64,000 nucleotides of DNA from positions 3,906,001 through 3,970,000 of the forward strand of contig JBHGNT010000003.1 of assembly GCA_043228905.1 (NCBI GenBank). The letters run 5' to 3'. The translations under genes and the position numbers were made by a program. The notes under the pieces are model-generated. The model was not told the origin of the DNA. It saw nothing but the letters and a program-made list of their open reading frames with translations, and ran no database searches. Shown here one piece after another: positions 61,487 through 64,000 of the stretch. The number at the start of each line of letters is the position of its first letter. Position 1 is the first letter of the stretch. The stretch comes from Azolla caroliniana. Its lineage: Eukaryota > Plantae > Polypodiophyta.

Positions 61487-64000
61487 GCGCGCGCCTTCAT
61501 GATGAACCGCCTTCAGCCTTCATTTGTAAAGCCAACCACACCTTTCTTTCAGTAAAACAAATTTGCCAACTGCCTGTCGTAGTAAAATACACCTCTCTCA
61601 CCGTCCAAGTACCACATCCACTAATTTGCCTACGACCAAGTCACAATCTAAGACTAAGCTACATCTAGGGAGTGGATAATAAACCCAAGACACAGGTGAG
61701 GCTTACAGATCACGAACTACAGATCGGTGGAGGATCAGTTCATCAATCTAGCAAAAGATAGAAATTTCTAAGCAGCTGCAATCTTTGCCGCGTAATAGTG
61801 CTTCTTGATTAGCTGCTTGACTCGATCGGGTTGCGGGCGAGGGGACCCACCCGCCCTCTCCCCGAGATAGATTGAGGTTCCTTTGTTGAAGTCCGAAGGA
61901 CCACAAGAAGAGGGAAAAGGAGTCCTCCTCTGGCCTTTCCAAAATTGGAACGGATCGAATAGATATTGATCAGTTTCAACACCATAAACAGCAAGGTGCT
62001 AAAGTCCAGGATTCGAAGTGAAATTCTTGATTTGTTTAGTCAATCTACGCAGAGTGAATCGGTCCCTAAGGAACCCCGAAAGGGCAACGTCCGATGGGTA
62101 CACGAAACCCCCATACGAAAAGCTGGGAACCATCCAACAATTGTGTGCGGTTTAAATATCTGAAGCCGTAACAATGAAAAGTGTTATTTTCAAAGAAGAT
62201 ATAGAGGGGAGGGATCGGACCTTCCCCCAGTGTTGGTTCGTATTGAAGAGTTCTATAGGAAGAAACTACGAACTAGTTGAGCTAGCTAGACTCCGAAGTT
62301 GTTTCTACAACGAGGTAATGATGAAAAGCTACATCCTATAGCTTTTCACTCACGCAAGTTTGACGCTGCCGAAATCAACTACGAAATTCATGATAAGGAG
62401 CTATTGGCAATAGTGGACTCTTTTACGCAATGGAGGCATTTTCTAGAGGGATCCTCTCATCAAGTCACTGTATTCAGTGACCACAAAAACCTTGCCTACT
62501 TTCAGGACGCGTGTGTGTTAAATGGACGTCAAGCTCGGTGGGCCCAATTCCTCACGCGTTTCGACTTCAAAGTTACATATCATCTGGGGAAGCACCAAGG
62601 GAAGGCAGATGCATTATCACGACATTCGTACCTAGCACCGCGTCCTCACAAGACAGCTTTCGATAACCAAAAGCAAGTAATCTTAGGACCGGCACGACTG
62701 CAAGCAACACAGGTCTTTGGCATGCCCATGGATTCCCACGTTATCGATACCATACGTGAGGACTTGAAGACAGATGCTTTCGCCCAAGCCATTCTAGCAC
62801 AAATCGATCCCTCTCGAGAATCTTGTTCGCAGTGGAACCACCAAGCACGGACTATCGGCAATTCAAATACCATGATGGATTTCTATTCTTTAAAAAACTC
62901 TTGTATGTTCCTAATGGTTCTGGTCGCCTTCGAGTAGTCCAAAACTGTCATGACACATATACAACTGGGCATTTTGGTAGTACTAAAACATTAGATTTAG
63001 TACAACGATCATTCTGGTGGCCCCGTATGCGACAATTTGTCGAAGATTTTGTTCGAACTTGTGATACATGTTGCAGAGCAAAAATGCCAAGGCATCATCC
63101 ATATGGTTTATTAGAACCATTACCAATTCCAAGCAAGTCGTGGCAATCCATTGCTCTAGACTTCATCACAGATCTTCCAGTCTGTAAGGGGTTCAATGCG
63201 ATTCTAAAAATAGTAGATTGATATACGAAGATGGCTCATTTCTTGCCATGTACTAAGGAAATCTCCAGTGAAGAAACCGTTGAAATTGTCATGCGTGAAG
63301 TATGTCGACATCATGGCCTTCCCGATAGTATCATCAGCGACCGTGGACCCCAGTTCGTATCAAAATTCTGGAAGCACCTTTTTAAAATGCTCAAGGTTAC
63401 TTGTAACCTCTCCTCCGGCTACCACCCACAAACCGATGGCCAAGCAGAACAAACAAATCAAACGCTGGAGCAGTATCTTCGGTGCTTTCTAAGCTATCAT
63501 CAAGATGATCGGGTAGATATTCTCCACTTCGCCGAATTTGCCTATAATAACTTTGTCCACGCATCGACTAAAGTTATGTCATTTTATGCTTATACGGGCT
63601 AGCACCCTCAGTGGTGTGTATTTGAAACCCTAGAGTTGTCCACAAATCCTTGCGCAGAGGATCGTTTAGAGCGGTTACGCAAGATACAAGCCGATTTATC
63701 TACTCATCTCCAGCAAGCTCAACAAACACACAAGGTTTACGCGGATCGTCATCGACTTCCATCCAGTTTTAACATTGGAGATCGGGTATGGCTACTACGA
63801 TGACACATCAAGACTACTTGCCCATGAAAGAAGTTGGATTATCGGCGATTAGGTCCTTTCCGTATTATAGGAAGGATTAATGATGTCGTTTTCTGTCTCG
63901 ATCTACCTCCGCAACTTCGGATACATCCAGTGTTTCATAGTTCTCTCCTCAAACCCTATCAAGAGAACACCATCCCAGGACGTATTACACAGCCTCCACC

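Overview
Nuclear DNA of a land plant, probably a non-seed plant such as a fern (inferred from Tcn1-type chromoviruses and the organellar fragments). The host content is a minus-strand tandem cluster of TORNADO1-like LRR-ROC-COR (ROCO) GTPase genes. Two copies are intact two-exon genes (1004-4956 and 40016-43896), each with a GC-AG intron inside the P-loop, and three are pseudogene remnants (about 12.2-14.5 kb, 27 kb and 36.5 kb). The cluster is interleaved with LTR elements: two Copia, two Tcn1-like chromoviruses, a young Gypsy with a tRNA-Trp PBS, 4-bp TSD and -1 frameshift, and a small non-autonomous three-LTR element. That small element encodes only a long coiled-coil protein and has PBS-like motifs at both ends but no PPT. 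The window also holds host-gene fragments (RPL6, PP4R3/PSY2L), a hAT remnant, and a ~5.4 kb mosaic of very short plastid and mitochondrial fragments inserted into a retrotransposon RNase H. All family assignments come from recognising motifs by eye; no database searches were run.
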